A stretch of DNA of 58,842 nucleotides, from positions 1 through 58,842 of the forward strand of contig JAYVIX010000360.1 in NCBI GenBank assembly GCA_043769845.1, given 5' to 3'. The position numbers and the translations under genes were made by a program. Of the stretch, positions 9,965-18,748 are shown piece by piece. The notes under the pieces are model-generated. The model had not been told where the DNA came from and did not search any database. It worked only from the letters and a program-made list of their open reading frames with translations. Numbering within the stretch: position 1 is the stretch's first letter; the number at the start of each line of letters is the position of its first letter. The stretch is from Cytophagales bacterium (GTDB lineage: Bacteria > Bacteroidota > Bacteroidia > Cytophagales > UBA9547).

Positions 9965-11191
9965 TCAGCTAATCAATTGCTTTAAAAGCAATCCACTTTG
10001 TTCTCCAAAAAGTGGAGGTATAGCGTTACCTATTTGGGTATAACGGGGTACTTCTTTTGTTCTTAAAATTCCACCTGTGGTGTATTTGCCTTGAAATTCG
10101 TACCAATCTGGGAAGCTTTGAATACGGGCGTATTCACGCACGGTCAGAATTCGTGGTTCAGAATAGTGAATGTAATCGTCAGGCAGAGTGGTAATGGTTG
10201 GAGTTTTGTCCAAGCCATTTAGTGGGATAACGGTTCTTTTCTTTATGCTGTATTTTTCTTGAATATCTTTACTAATATTCAAATTTCTTCTGTCTTTTGT
10301 TTCACCTAATATATTGCTGAATCTATCTATTATTGTTTGCGAATGTTTTGGAAACCTGTGGCTATCAGCCACATTGTTTTCAACTCCAATTCGCATTAGT
10401 TTTTGATAACTAGTCTTTTTTGCCCCATAAATGCCCGATTGGAAACTCGGAAAATCAGGAGTTTCCTTTAAGCCATTTTCTTTAAATAAGTCAGAAATCG
10501 CATCTTGAAGATTCGTTTCTAGGCTTATTCCCTTTTCTTTTAAAAACTGAAAACGATTGTCTTTTAATGTTTCAAAGAAATTTTCCACGTTTTGCTGTGA
10601 AGCATTTGCGACTGTTTTTTTTATCCCAACCAATATGAAACGTGTTCTTTTCTGCGGGACACCGTACTCGCCAAAATTGACCAATTGCCCTTTCACAAAA
10701 TAACCAGCATCGTCTAGTTTTTTTGTTACTTGATCAGAGTAGGCAATTCCTTTTTCTTTATTCTTCTTGAACTCCATCGTAAAGCCCTTTACGTTTTCAA
10801 AGAAGATAATCTGAGGCTCTACTGTTTCTATAAATTTTATGTATGAATTAATAAGATCATTTCTTAGGTCATATTCATTACGCTTGCCTGCCATCGAAAA
10901 CCCTTGACATGGTGGGCCTCCTGCAATCATTGTAATTTTCCCTTTGAGTTTTTCTAATTCAGAATTGTATTGCTCCAGAACTGCATTTATTTCAAGAGCT
11001 TGTTTTGGTAGCCATTCTGGCCAATCAAAATGATTTTTTTTGTTGATGAGGTTATGCTCTAAGGTCTTGAATGCATCTGGGCTTTTCTCGATCGCAAAAA
11101 GTCCTTTCCAGCCTGCATTATGTAGTCCTAATGACAAGCCACCACAGCCAGCAAATAGATCAATGTAGGTATGGGTGTCTTGTGAATGCAT
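9965..11191 (-). CDS. DNA (cytosine-5)-methyltransferase
   Basis: Motif I FAGCGGLSLG, motif IV GGPPCQGFS, ENVKGF, QKRTRFILVG, GNAIPP. Confidence 0.9.
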   Translation of the reverse strand: MHSQDTHTYIDLFAGCGGLSLGLHNAGWKGLFAIEKSPDAFKTLEHNLINKKNHFDWPEWLPKQALEINAVLEQYNSELEKLKGKITMIAGGPPCQGFSMAGKRNEYDLRNDLINSYIKFIETVEPQIIFFENVKGFTMEFKKNKEKGIAYSDQVTKKLDDAGYFVKGQLVNFGEYGVPQKRTRFILVGIKKTVANASQQNVENFFETLKDNRFQFLKEKGISLETNLQDAISDLFKENGLKETPDFPSFQSGIYGAKKTSYQKLMRIGVENNVADSHRFPKHSQTIIDRFSNILGETKDRRNLNISKDIQEKYSIKKRTVIPLNGLDKTPTITTLPDDYIHYSEPRILTVREYARIQSFPDWYEFQGKYTTGGILRTKEVPRYTQIGNAIPPLFGEQSGLLLKQLIS

Positions 11192-11280
11192 ATTGTATGC
11201 TTACGAAAAAAATGACAATATGTAAAACTACACAAATAAGTTATGAACTAAAAGCCACTATCCCAAGGGAGATGCTGGCT

Positions 11281-11357
11281 GGGCACATTTGCCATATGAC
11301 TTTCTAGCCTAGGTTTCCAACAATATTATCAACAAAGTAAAAGGCGTGAACCGAGTG
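11281..11357 (+). pseudogene. diverged duplicate of the guaA 3' end (island boundary remnant)
   Basis: Colinear with guaA nt 4941-5017. The first 19 nt and a 30-nt block (atcaacaaagtaaaaggcgtgaaccgagtg) are identical. It has an in-frame TAG where guaA has AAA. Confidence 0.75.
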
Positions 11358-11502
11358 TTCTATGCCGAGTTGGCAGTTGATACCGAACGCGACCGTCTAA
11401 AATTGATTTTCAATTACAATTCTTCTTCTTTCAAACTAACAACCGCCTTTCAGAATTCAATGGAATTGGGTTATGTGGTAAAGTAAGTAGTTGACATACA
11501 TT

Positions 11503-11802
11503 TTATTCAAAATCCTGTTCTAACATCATATTTCCGTCTTCGTCAAAGAATTTCCATTTGCCTTTTTCTTTGTCGTCTACATATGTTCCTTCGCCAGCGA
11601 TTTTGCCATTGTCGTGATAGAGTCGCCAAATCCCCGTTTTTTTTCCTTGTGTATAGCTTCCTTCTTGCGAAACATTGCCATTGGCATAGTAACATTTCCA
11701 GTTGCCGACTTTTTGTCCGTCTTTGGTTTCGCCTTTGCATGTTTCGGCAATAGCAATAAATGGCAAAATGGCGATCAGGATGATTGAGATTGTCTTTTTC
11801 AT
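11503..11802 (-). CDS. secreted MORN-repeat (YwqK-like) small protein
   Basis: N-terminal signal peptide, then repeated G.W..Y..NG....EG.Y..G...G.W units typical of MORN-variant repeats. Confidence 0.7.
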   Translation of the reverse strand: MKKTISIILIAILPFIAIAETCKGETKDGQKVGNWKCYYANGNVSQEGSYTQGKKTGIWRLYHDNGKIAGEGTYVDDKEKGKWKFFDEDGNMMLEQDFE

Positions 11803-12190
11803 TTATATAAATTTTATTTCATATAATTTATAGCTGCCATTATTAAATGTTTTCACGGAGTATTCGAACAAAATAACACTAAAGTGTTTGATTTTTTAAA
11901 TTATACTCAGAAATCTACGTTTTTTGAATTCTGTTGTTTTGAAAAGCAGGATAATTTTGAAAATCAAGGGAGCTCAAACGTTTCCAAAACGCAAAAAAAT
12001 CAGCTCATTGAAATACTTACAGGAAACAAAAACAAATTGGCAGTTGCGATGGTTTAAAAATGAAATACCACCTTCGCTTGAAAAGTAAAAAGGCTAGGAG
12101 TCCCAGCCTTTTTACTTGAAAGATAAGCAAACTTAAACATTTTGATAACCCAAAAGTAGCCTAAGCCTTGCTACTTTAGATTAAAGAGAC

Positions 12191-12235
12191 GTTAAAGTGA
12201 AATTAAAATTGGGTTTAATTTCACTTTAACTTTTT
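12191..12235. terminator. strong hairpin with plus-strand T-run
   Basis: Perfect 17-bp stem: gttaaagtgaaattaaa (12191-12207) / tttaatttcactttaac (12214-12230), followed by ttttt. Overlaps the stop of the minus-strand gene at 12226. Confidence 0.5.
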
Positions 12236-12741
12236 CGTTTCATTAAGGGCACGGTGCTGCACGGTTCGCCAAACATCAGGTTTTGAGCGATCGGAACGAG
12301 CAGTCGTGTGATTTCCACATAAGCATATTCGGGCACGGGCACTTTGCTACAGCCTTTGATCACGATTTTGGCATTGCGATATAGTTCCAAATCTACTGTG
12401 GCGAGTGCTTGTTGGAAAAGTTGCTGTTCCAGATTCTCCAGATTTCCAAAAACGATTGTTTTGGCAAATGGCTGAAGCTGAATCGCTAAAAGCATATACG
12501 CCCAAGTGGGCACGATGGCATCTTCGGTGCAAGTGAGTGCGATATGTTTGCCCGTGTATTGGCTCCAATCATGGTTTTTTAGAAATTCCCGAAACTCTTT
12601 TTCTTTTAAAATAATGCCTTGAAAAAGATTCTCTTTAATGTCATACACCATACGTTCGCCCGTTTCATACAAATCTTCCAGATTGAATGTAACTAGCGGA
12701 CTGCTCAATACTCGGTTTACAATTGTTTCTTCTCCTTCCAT
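12226..12741 (-). CDS. conserved hypothetical protein (DUF2480-like)
   Basis: 171-aa ORF from the ATG at 12741 with genome-typical composition. The family assignment is from memory of the Bacteroidota DUF2480 pattern and needs an HMM check. Confidence 0.55.
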   Translation of the reverse strand: MEGEETIVNRVLSSPLVTFNLEDLYETGERMVYDIKENLFQGIILKEKEFREFLKNHDWSQYTGKHIALTCTEDAIVPTWAYMLLAIQLQPFAKTIVFGNLENLEQQLFQQALATVDLELYRNAKIVIKGCSKVPVPEYAYVEITRLLVPIAQNLMFGEPCSTVPLMKRKS

Positions 12742-12858
12742 TTCTATTATTTTTAAAACCAAAAAAATCTTGACGGTTTAAAACTATTCATTTCGAATAT
12801 AACCTTTTCTTCTCAATTTAGTTCCAAAGAAGGTTTTGTACCGTTTTCCACAAAAATC

Positions 12859-13515
12859 ATGCTAAAGTTTACGCTAGAATTTCTGTCTCAGTTAAAAGAC
12901 AACAACAATAAACCTTGGTTTGAGGCACACAAAGTGGAATTCGAGAAAGCCAAAGCCGAATTTGTCGTTTTTGTGGAAGAGGTTCTTCGGGGACTTCAGT
13001 CGTTCGATTCGCGAATAGAGGGTTTGAATCCGAAAGATGGCATTTATAGGATTTACCGTGACGTGCGTTTTTCATCTGACAAAACGCCTTACAAATCGCA
13101 TTTTGGTGCCTATTTTGCCGAAGGCGGAAAAAAATCAGTCGGGCCAGGTTATTACATGCACATCGAACCAGCGGGGGCGTTTGTGGGTGGCGGAATTTAC
13201 ATGCCTGAATCGCCTATTCTGCAAAAAATCAGACAAGAAATTGATTATAATGGCGACAAATTACTGGCTATTTTAAACAAGCCTTCTTTCAAGCGATATT
13301 ATACCAGTCTGATGGAAGAAGGGAAACTTTCTCGCCCGCCCAAAGGCTACGAGGCTGATAATCCGAATATTGAGATTCTAAAACTAAAAAGTGTGGTGTG
13401 CACCTACAATTTGCCTTTTGAAATCCTTTTGACAAACGATGCTGCCCCCAAAACGATAGATGCGCTTAAAGAATTGTATGCACTTCAAGAGTTTTTGAGA
13501 GAAGCAATCGCTTAG
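12859..13515 (+). CDS. DUF2461 / TIGR02453 family protein
   Basis: NNNKPWFEAHK...YRIYRDVRFSSDKTPYK..G.....PGYY.H.EP pattern characteristic of TIGR02453. Confidence 0.7.
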   Translation: MLKFTLEFLSQLKDNNNKPWFEAHKVEFEKAKAEFVVFVEEVLRGLQSFDSRIEGLNPKDGIYRIYRDVRFSSDKTPYKSHFGAYFAEGGKKSVGPGYYMHIEPAGAFVGGGIYMPESPILQKIRQEIDYNGDKLLAILNKPSFKRYYTSLMEEGKLSRPPKGYEADNPNIEILKLKSVVCTYNLPFEILLTNDAAPKTIDALKELYALQEFLREAIA

Positions 13516-13524
13516 CTTGATGAA

Positions 13525-14148
13525 TTATTTTTCATCAAGTATTTTCTTCTTTTCTTTGTCGTATTCTTCTTGATTTAGGATTCCTTCGTCAAGTAGTTTT
13601 TTCATTTCGCGAAGTCGATCGGCTTTTTGTTTGGCTTTGTTTATAAGATCATCCTGACTATCGCCAGTTTGCTGTGGAGCTGAATTAATCAGAATAGTTT
13701 GTTTTTCTTCTTTTGCTTTACAGCCAGTGTATTCGATATTGTAGGCAAAATTCTTGTAATTCTTTTTCGAAACGCCTCTTTCAAAAATACTTGGTTTCCA
13801 ATAAGCCCCATTGATAAGATCTATAATAGTACCGTAAGGAAAAATAGAATAAGAAAAAAAGGAAAGAGAACCTAATAAAGCCCAACCTCTAAATGTCCGA
13901 GATTTGTATTTAAAATTCTGACTTTCGCAGCCGTCTTCTTTTATCGTGAGAAAAAACTTGTTGGCATCTTTTCTTTTTACTTGAAAAACGGCACTTCCTG
14001 TGCCTTGAGGCCGATTGTTGACAAGAATTGACGCGTTTGGATGGCCAGTTATGGTTACATGTGCATAATATTTTGATCCTCCTACAATTGTCGCACAGCT
14101 CGAAAGCAAGGCGGAAACAGAAACAAGAAGTACAAGGTTAAATTTCAT
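13525..14148 (-). CDS. lipoprotein with a C-terminal SHOCT-like motif
   Basis: Signal peptide with lipobox LLSSC. The C-terminal LLDEGILNQEEYDKEKKKIL resembles SHOCT. ATG at 14148 preferred. Confidence 0.6.
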   Translation of the reverse strand: MKFNLVLLVSVSALLSSCATIVGGSKYYAHVTITGHPNASILVNNRPQGTGSAVFQVKRKDANKFFLTIKEDGCESQNFKYKSRTFRGWALLGSLSFFSYSIFPYGTIIDLINGAYWKPSIFERGVSKKNYKNFAYNIEYTGCKAKEEKQTILINSAPQQTGDSQDDLINKAKQKADRLREMKKLLDEGILNQEEYDKEKKKILDEK

Positions 14149-14268
14149 TTTTAGGCAAGCAAAGCGCATAGAACTGTGAATAAAACAAATTTATGTCTAT
14201 TGTATGGAAACAGCAATAATAGTACACATTAAAATTAATAAAACAATTGATCTTCAGGTTGAAATAAT

Positions 14269-14296
14269 GGCAGTAGAATGATTTTATTCTACTGCC
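14269..14296 (-). terminator. terminator hairpin downstream of the AIM24-like gene
   Basis: 11-bp stem ggcagtagaat / attctactgcc with a 6-nt loop, just past the 14305 stop on the minus strand. Confidence 0.5.
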
Positions 14297-14304
14297 AATT
14301 GTTA

Positions 14305-15093
14305 CTAATCGCCATCCAACAAATTACCTAAGCCGCCAAGGATACTTCCTTCCTCTCTGCGTCCGCCAGCCGTACCATATTGCAAAATACGACCTGCCAA
14401 ACGGCTGATAGGCAACGATTGAATCCAAACTTTTCCGGGGCCACGGAGCACTGCATAAAATAAGCCTTCACCACCAAAAAGCGAGTTTTTGATTCCCCCT
14501 ACAAACTGAATGTCATAGTCGACATGTTGCGTGAAAGCCACAATACAGCCAGTATCAATCTTTAATATTTCGCCTGGTTTGAGTTCTCTTTCGATAACCA
14601 TGCCACCTGCGTGTACAAAAGCCAAACCATCTCCTTCAAGTTTTTGCATGATGAAGCCTTCGCCACCAAACAAACCAGTGCCTAGTTTCTTCTGAAATTC
14701 AATTCCTACACTTACGCCTTTGGCTGCACACAAAAAAGAGTCTTTTTGACAAATGATTTTGCCATCCATCTTGTCCAAATCCATCGGGATGATACGGCCT
14801 GGATAAGGCGAAGCAAATGATACCTTTTTCTTGCCCGACCCAGTATTTGTGTAGCCCGTCATGAACAAACTCTCGCCAGTAAGCAAGCGTTTGCCTGCCG
14901 AGAATAGTTTGCCCATAAAACCGCCTTGGTCTTGGCTACCATCGCCAAAAATGGTTTTCATCTCGATGTCCTGATCCATCATCATAAAACTGCCAGGCTC
15001 GGCCATCACCGTTTCTTGCGGGTCGAGTTCTATTTCCACAAACTGAAGTTCTTCGCCATAAATGCGAAAATCTATCTCATGATTTTTTATCAT
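14305..15093 (-). CDS. TIGR00266 / AIM24 (DUF124) family protein
   Basis: 262 aa. The start (EIDFRIYGEELQFVEIELDP..TV.AE.G.....D) and the Gly-rich C-terminus fit the family. Confidence 0.75.
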   Translation of the reverse strand: MIKNHEIDFRIYGEELQFVEIELDPQETVMAEPGSFMMMDQDIEMKTIFGDGSQDQGGFMGKLFSAGKRLLTGESLFMTGYTNTGSGKKKVSFASPYPGRIIPMDLDKMDGKIICQKDSFLCAAKGVSVGIEFQKKLGTGLFGGEGFIMQKLEGDGLAFVHAGGMVIERELKPGEILKIDTGCIVAFTQHVDYDIQFVGGIKNSLFGGEGLFYAVLRGPGKVWIQSLPISRLAGRILQYGTAGGRREEGSILGGLGNLLDGD

Positions 15094-15184
15094 CGCTAAA
15101 GAATTTTTGTTTTTTTTAAATGAAAAGATTTGCTAAACACAAAATGAAATAATATTAATTGTTAGTTGTTAATTATTAATTGAA

Positions 15185-16246
15185 CTACCATTCTTTCAAT
15201 CCATTTCGAAGATTGATCAAATTAGTATATCCGTATTTAGTTTCGAGCAGTTCGATGGCTTTTTTACTTCTACTCCCTGCCTGACAATGAACAACTACTT
15301 TTCTGTCTTTCGGGATGGATGATAGATGAAACTCAAGTTCGGAAAGTGGACAATTCAGTCCTTCAATATTAAAAGTCTGATATTCATTTGGTTCGCGAAC
15401 ATCCATTACTACATAATCATCGAAATGGGCTTTCAAATCTTTCGCTGAAATCTCTTTGGCGGAAGGAACATCACAGGCGAAATCATATTTGCCAAGCGAA
15501 CGAATGTTTTGATTGTCTGGATTTGCATTAAAATTAAATGAATTAAAATTCATCTTTATAGCGTCATAAACGAGCAGTTTTCCTGAAAGTGTTTCGCCTA
15601 TTTCGGCTGCGATTTTGATTGCTTCCGTGGCCATAATACTTCCTACCACTCCAGGAAGAACGCCTAAAACGCCTATTTCGGCACAATTGGGCATTTCGCC
15701 TGCCGATGGAGGTTCGGGAAAAAGACAACGATAAGTGGGGCCGTTTTTATAGTTGAAAACCGAAACTTGACCTTCGTAAGTGAAAATAGCACCTGAAACG
15801 AGCGGTTTTCCCAACATCACACAGGCATCGTTTGCCAAATAGCGTGTGCTGAAATTGTCGCTTCCGTCCACCACCAAATCGTATTTTTTGATCACTTCCA
15901 AAGCATTCTCTTTAGAAAGATATTGAAGAATTGGTTCGATGACAATGTATGGGTTGTTGTCTTGTAAACGATTGGCGGCAATTTTGGCTTTTGGTTTGCC
16001 AATGTCCGATTTTCCAAAAAGTACTTGACGGTGTAGGTTGCTCTGGCTCACCACGTCATTGTCGATGATACCAATGCGACCAATCCCTGCCGCTGCTAAA
16101 TACATCAAAACCGGACAACCGAGCCCGCCAGCACCAATGACCAAGACTGAAAAATTCTTGAGTTTTTCCTGAGCCTCCAAGCCAAAACCTGGCAGAATGA
16201 GGTGGCGTTGGTAATGCGATTGTTCCGAACTAGTTAATGGATTCAT
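15185..16246 (-). CDS. moeB: ThiF/MoeB-type adenylyltransferase fused to a rhodanese domain
   Basis: E1-like nucleotide loop GAGGLGCP and a C-terminal rhodanese active-site loop HCQAGSRS. Confidence 0.85.
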   Translation of the reverse strand: MNPLTSSEQSHYQRHLILPGFGLEAQEKLKNFSVLVIGAGGLGCPVLMYLAAAGIGRIGIIDNDVVSQSNLHRQVLFGKSDIGKPKAKIAANRLQDNNPYIVIEPILQYLSKENALEVIKKYDLVVDGSDNFSTRYLANDACVMLGKPLVSGAIFTYEGQVSVFNYKNGPTYRCLFPEPPSAGEMPNCAEIGVLGVLPGVVGSIMATEAIKIAAEIGETLSGKLLVYDAIKMNFNSFNFNANPDNQNIRSLGKYDFACDVPSAKEISAKDLKAHFDDYVVMDVREPNEYQTFNIEGLNCPLSELEFHLSSIPKDRKVVVHCQAGSRSKKAIELLETKYGYTNLINLRNGLKEW

Positions 16247-16700
16247 TTTTAGTTGTTTCTAAACAAGTTTTCGAACCTAGGAAAGAAAAACCGCTAATTG
16301 ATAGTAAAAGCATCCACTGACCTAGTTTAAAAAAATTGCCTTCAAACGAAGGTGACATGAACAAAACTATGATCCAGACAATGCTGTAACCGAGAAAATA
16401 AACCGAAATGAGTTGAAGGATGGATTTTTTGCTAGCAAAGAATTGAGAGAAATTGACCAAAAACAGGCCAATCGAGGCAAAAAGCAAGTCAAAAGAGATC
16501 CAATGCCATCCGCACCTCGACATGACCCATATTTGGAATTTGGTTGCTGAATCGTCCGAACCAACCACAGGCGCAAGAGTTTGTATTTCCAAATCTCCTC
16601 CGATGGTATGGGCAATGAAAGCCAAAAAAGTGAGGATATTGGCTATTAAAACTGCTCGGTTAATTTTTTTCATCATCCAATTTTTTAAAATATTACTCAA
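16230..16700 (-). CDS. hypothetical integral membrane protein
   Basis: 156 aa with ~4 hydrophobic helices. Overlaps the upstream gene by 8 nt and the downstream gene by 17 nt. Confidence 0.5.
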   Translation of the reverse strand: MSNILKNWMMKKINRAVLIANILTFLAFIAHTIGGDLEIQTLAPVVGSDDSATKFQIWVMSRCGWHWISFDLLFASIGLFLVNFSQFFASKKSILQLISVYFLGYSIVWIIVLFMSPSFEGNFFKLGQWMLLLSISGFSFLGSKTCLETTKNESIN

Positions 16701-17271
16701 AAATATCTTTCAAGTCGATAGAAAAACCTTCAAAGATGCTTACAGGAACCAAATCGTCTCCTGCATATTTCTTAACTAAAACGTATTTTCCTTCTTTCAG
16801 TATAAAAACGTCTACAATGTGATCAATGGGTGCAACAATCCAGTATTCGAGTACACCAGCTTCCTGATACAAATCAAATTTATCGCGCACGTCTTTGCGT
16901 GAAGTGGCGGGCGAAAGGATTTCAATAATCAGATCGGGCGCACCCAGGCAGCCCCTAGCGTCTATTTTTGTGGTATCGCAAATAACACAAAGATCAGGTT
17001 GAACAACGGTTTGAATTTCGGAGTCGTTTTGTTTTCGGTTCAAACGAACATCAAACGGAGCCGAATAGAGCTTGCATTTTTTATTTTTTAAAAACGTATA
17101 GAACTCACCATGAAGTTTTCCACTTATGTCCTGATGATAAGAAGATGGTGCAGGCGACATGCGCACGATTTTGCCTCGGATTAGTTCCACATACTCGTCA
17201 AACTGCCATTTGAGATAATCGGCATAGGAGTACGTTTTGTTCAAATCGAGTTGGTCGAGGCTGGTAATCAT
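16693..17271 (-). CDS. Uma2 (DUF820) family PD-(D/E)xK endonuclease-like protein
   Basis: 192 aa. The PDL.IEILSP..... core and overall size are typical of the Uma2 family. Confidence 0.7.
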   Translation of the reverse strand: MITSLDQLDLNKTYSYADYLKWQFDEYVELIRGKIVRMSPAPSSYHQDISGKLHGEFYTFLKNKKCKLYSAPFDVRLNRKQNDSEIQTVVQPDLCVICDTTKIDARGCLGAPDLIIEILSPATSRKDVRDKFDLYQEAGVLEYWIVAPIDHIVDVFILKEGKYVLVKKYAGDDLVPVSIFEGFSIDLKDIFE

Positions 17272-17470
17272 GTTCTAATTCATTTTAAACCTTTCCAGAA
17301 TTCGGCACTTGTTAATATTTCACCATTTAAAAAACTGTTTTCTGGCAATTTCAATTTGAGCTTTTTCTTCTTTGGTAAGTTTTAGGTGCCAATCTTGAAT
17401 AGGAACTTTGATTGTTTGTGGAGTCAATTTATTCTTTAGCTTTTCCATCGAAATATTCTTTCTTGAAAAG

Positions 17471-17538
17471 GGTCAGACCACAGGTCAGTACCCTTGAATA
17501 ATCAAGTGATTTTTTTGGTACTGACCTGCGGTCTGACC
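17471..17538 (-). terminator. long hairpin downstream of proB
   Basis: 22-bp arms ggtcagaccacaggtcagtacc / ggtactgacctgcggtctgacc (1 mismatch), starting 23 nt past the proB stop. Confidence 0.6.
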
Positions 17539-17560
17539 AAAAAAATAAATCAACATGCTT

Positions 17561-18637
17561 TTAGTAAAGATACAAATAATCGTAATGCACAAGTTCCTTT
17601 TGGCGTTTCTCCGCTTTTAGTTCTTCTAGTTTGTCAGAGGCAAATTGTGCTCTACCAATCCCGATTATATTTCCTTCGGTGTCTTTTATCCGAACAATTT
17701 CGCCTTTAGCAAAAGTTCCTTCAATTTTTTTGACACCCACAGGAAGCAAACTCGTGGGTTTGTCGGAAAGCAAGGCTTGACGAGCGCCTTCGTCTATGAT
17801 GATAGCCGTTTTGGCGAGTCCTTCTGCATTGGCGACCCAACGTTTGATGTTGGATGCATTTTTCTTAGGCAAAAAATGAGTCCCTATTTTTTCTTCTGAA
17901 AGTACTTTTGCTAAAATTCCATCTGACTTGCCATTGGCTATATGCACATGGATACCCAAACCGGCTACTTTGTGGGCGATGTTGCATTTGGTCAGCATTC
18001 CGCCTCGACCAAATGCCGATTTTTCTTTCGAGATGTATTGTTCTAAATTGGTATTTTTATAATCGACCTCTGAAATGAGTTTGGATTCGTGATGGTTTGG
18101 ATTTCCTGTAAAAATTCCGTCCACGTTGGAAAGAATTACCAAACGATCGACTCCCAACATGGATGAGACCAAACCTGCGAGTTCGTCATTGTCGGTAAAC
18201 ATCAATTCGGTCACCGAAACAACATCGTTTTCGTTTACAATCGGGATAATGCCGTTTTTCAGCAAGGCTTCTAAACAGTTTTTCATGTTCAGATAATGGC
18301 CTCGATCGCGAAAGTCTTCCTTTGTAACCAATACTTGGGCACAAAGTAGCCCAAGGTCTTTGAACATTTCAGAATAAAGCGAAATCAATTTTACTTGTCC
18401 GATGGCCGCCAATACTTGTCTACGACTGACATCATCCGTTTTTTCGGGCAACGTGGTAAGGCTGCGACCAGAAGCGACTGCCCCAGAAGATATGAATATT
18501 ATATCATGTCCTTTTGATTTCAGATCAGCAATTTGCGAACAAAGCGAACGCATTACGTCCAGATCCAGTTCGCCTTGGGTTTTGGTAAGGACATTACTTC
18601 CTACCTTTATTACGATGCTTTGCATGTTCTTTATCAC
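17561..18637 (-). CDS. proB: glutamate 5-kinase (with C-terminal PUA domain)
   Basis: VIKVGSNVL, amino-acid kinase fold motifs, and a C-terminal PUA-like region (LLPVGV..IEG.F..GE.V.I). Confidence 0.9.
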   Translation of the reverse strand: MIKNMQSIVIKVGSNVLTKTQGELDLDVMRSLCSQIADLKSKGHDIIFISSGAVASGRSLTTLPEKTDDVSRRQVLAAIGQVKLISLYSEMFKDLGLLCAQVLVTKEDFRDRGHYLNMKNCLEALLKNGIIPIVNENDVVSVTELMFTDNDELAGLVSSMLGVDRLVILSNVDGIFTGNPNHHESKLISEVDYKNTNLEQYISKEKSAFGRGGMLTKCNIAHKVAGLGIHVHIANGKSDGILAKVLSEEKIGTHFLPKKNASNIKRWVANAEGLAKTAIIIDEGARQALLSDKPTSLLPVGVKKIEGTFAKGEIVRIKDTEGNIIGIGRAQFASDKLEELKAEKRQKELVHYDYLYLY

Positions 18638-18666
18638 TTGTCAGAAATAGTCCTCGTTTGGAACGA

Positions 18667-18748
18667 GTGTCTTGTCCTGAAAAAAGTTTACACAATTTGG
18701 TTAAAAGTCCTGCTACAAATTTACACATTTTAGTTAGTCCTGAAATCG
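18667..18748. repeat. dispersed ~80-bp intergenic repeat, copy A
   Basis: Aligns with 44209-44288. The 36-nt core ttaaaagtcctgctacaaatttacacattttag.. has 2 mismatches. Built from GTCCTG..TTTACA sub-units. Confidence 0.7.

Noticed and set aside
17471-17538. Possible SRP (4.5S) RNA, because of the CAGGTCAG-containing hairpin
   Set aside because: There is no GGAAG/AGCAGC domain IV motif. The structure is a simple 22-bp hairpin directly after proB, consistent with a terminator.
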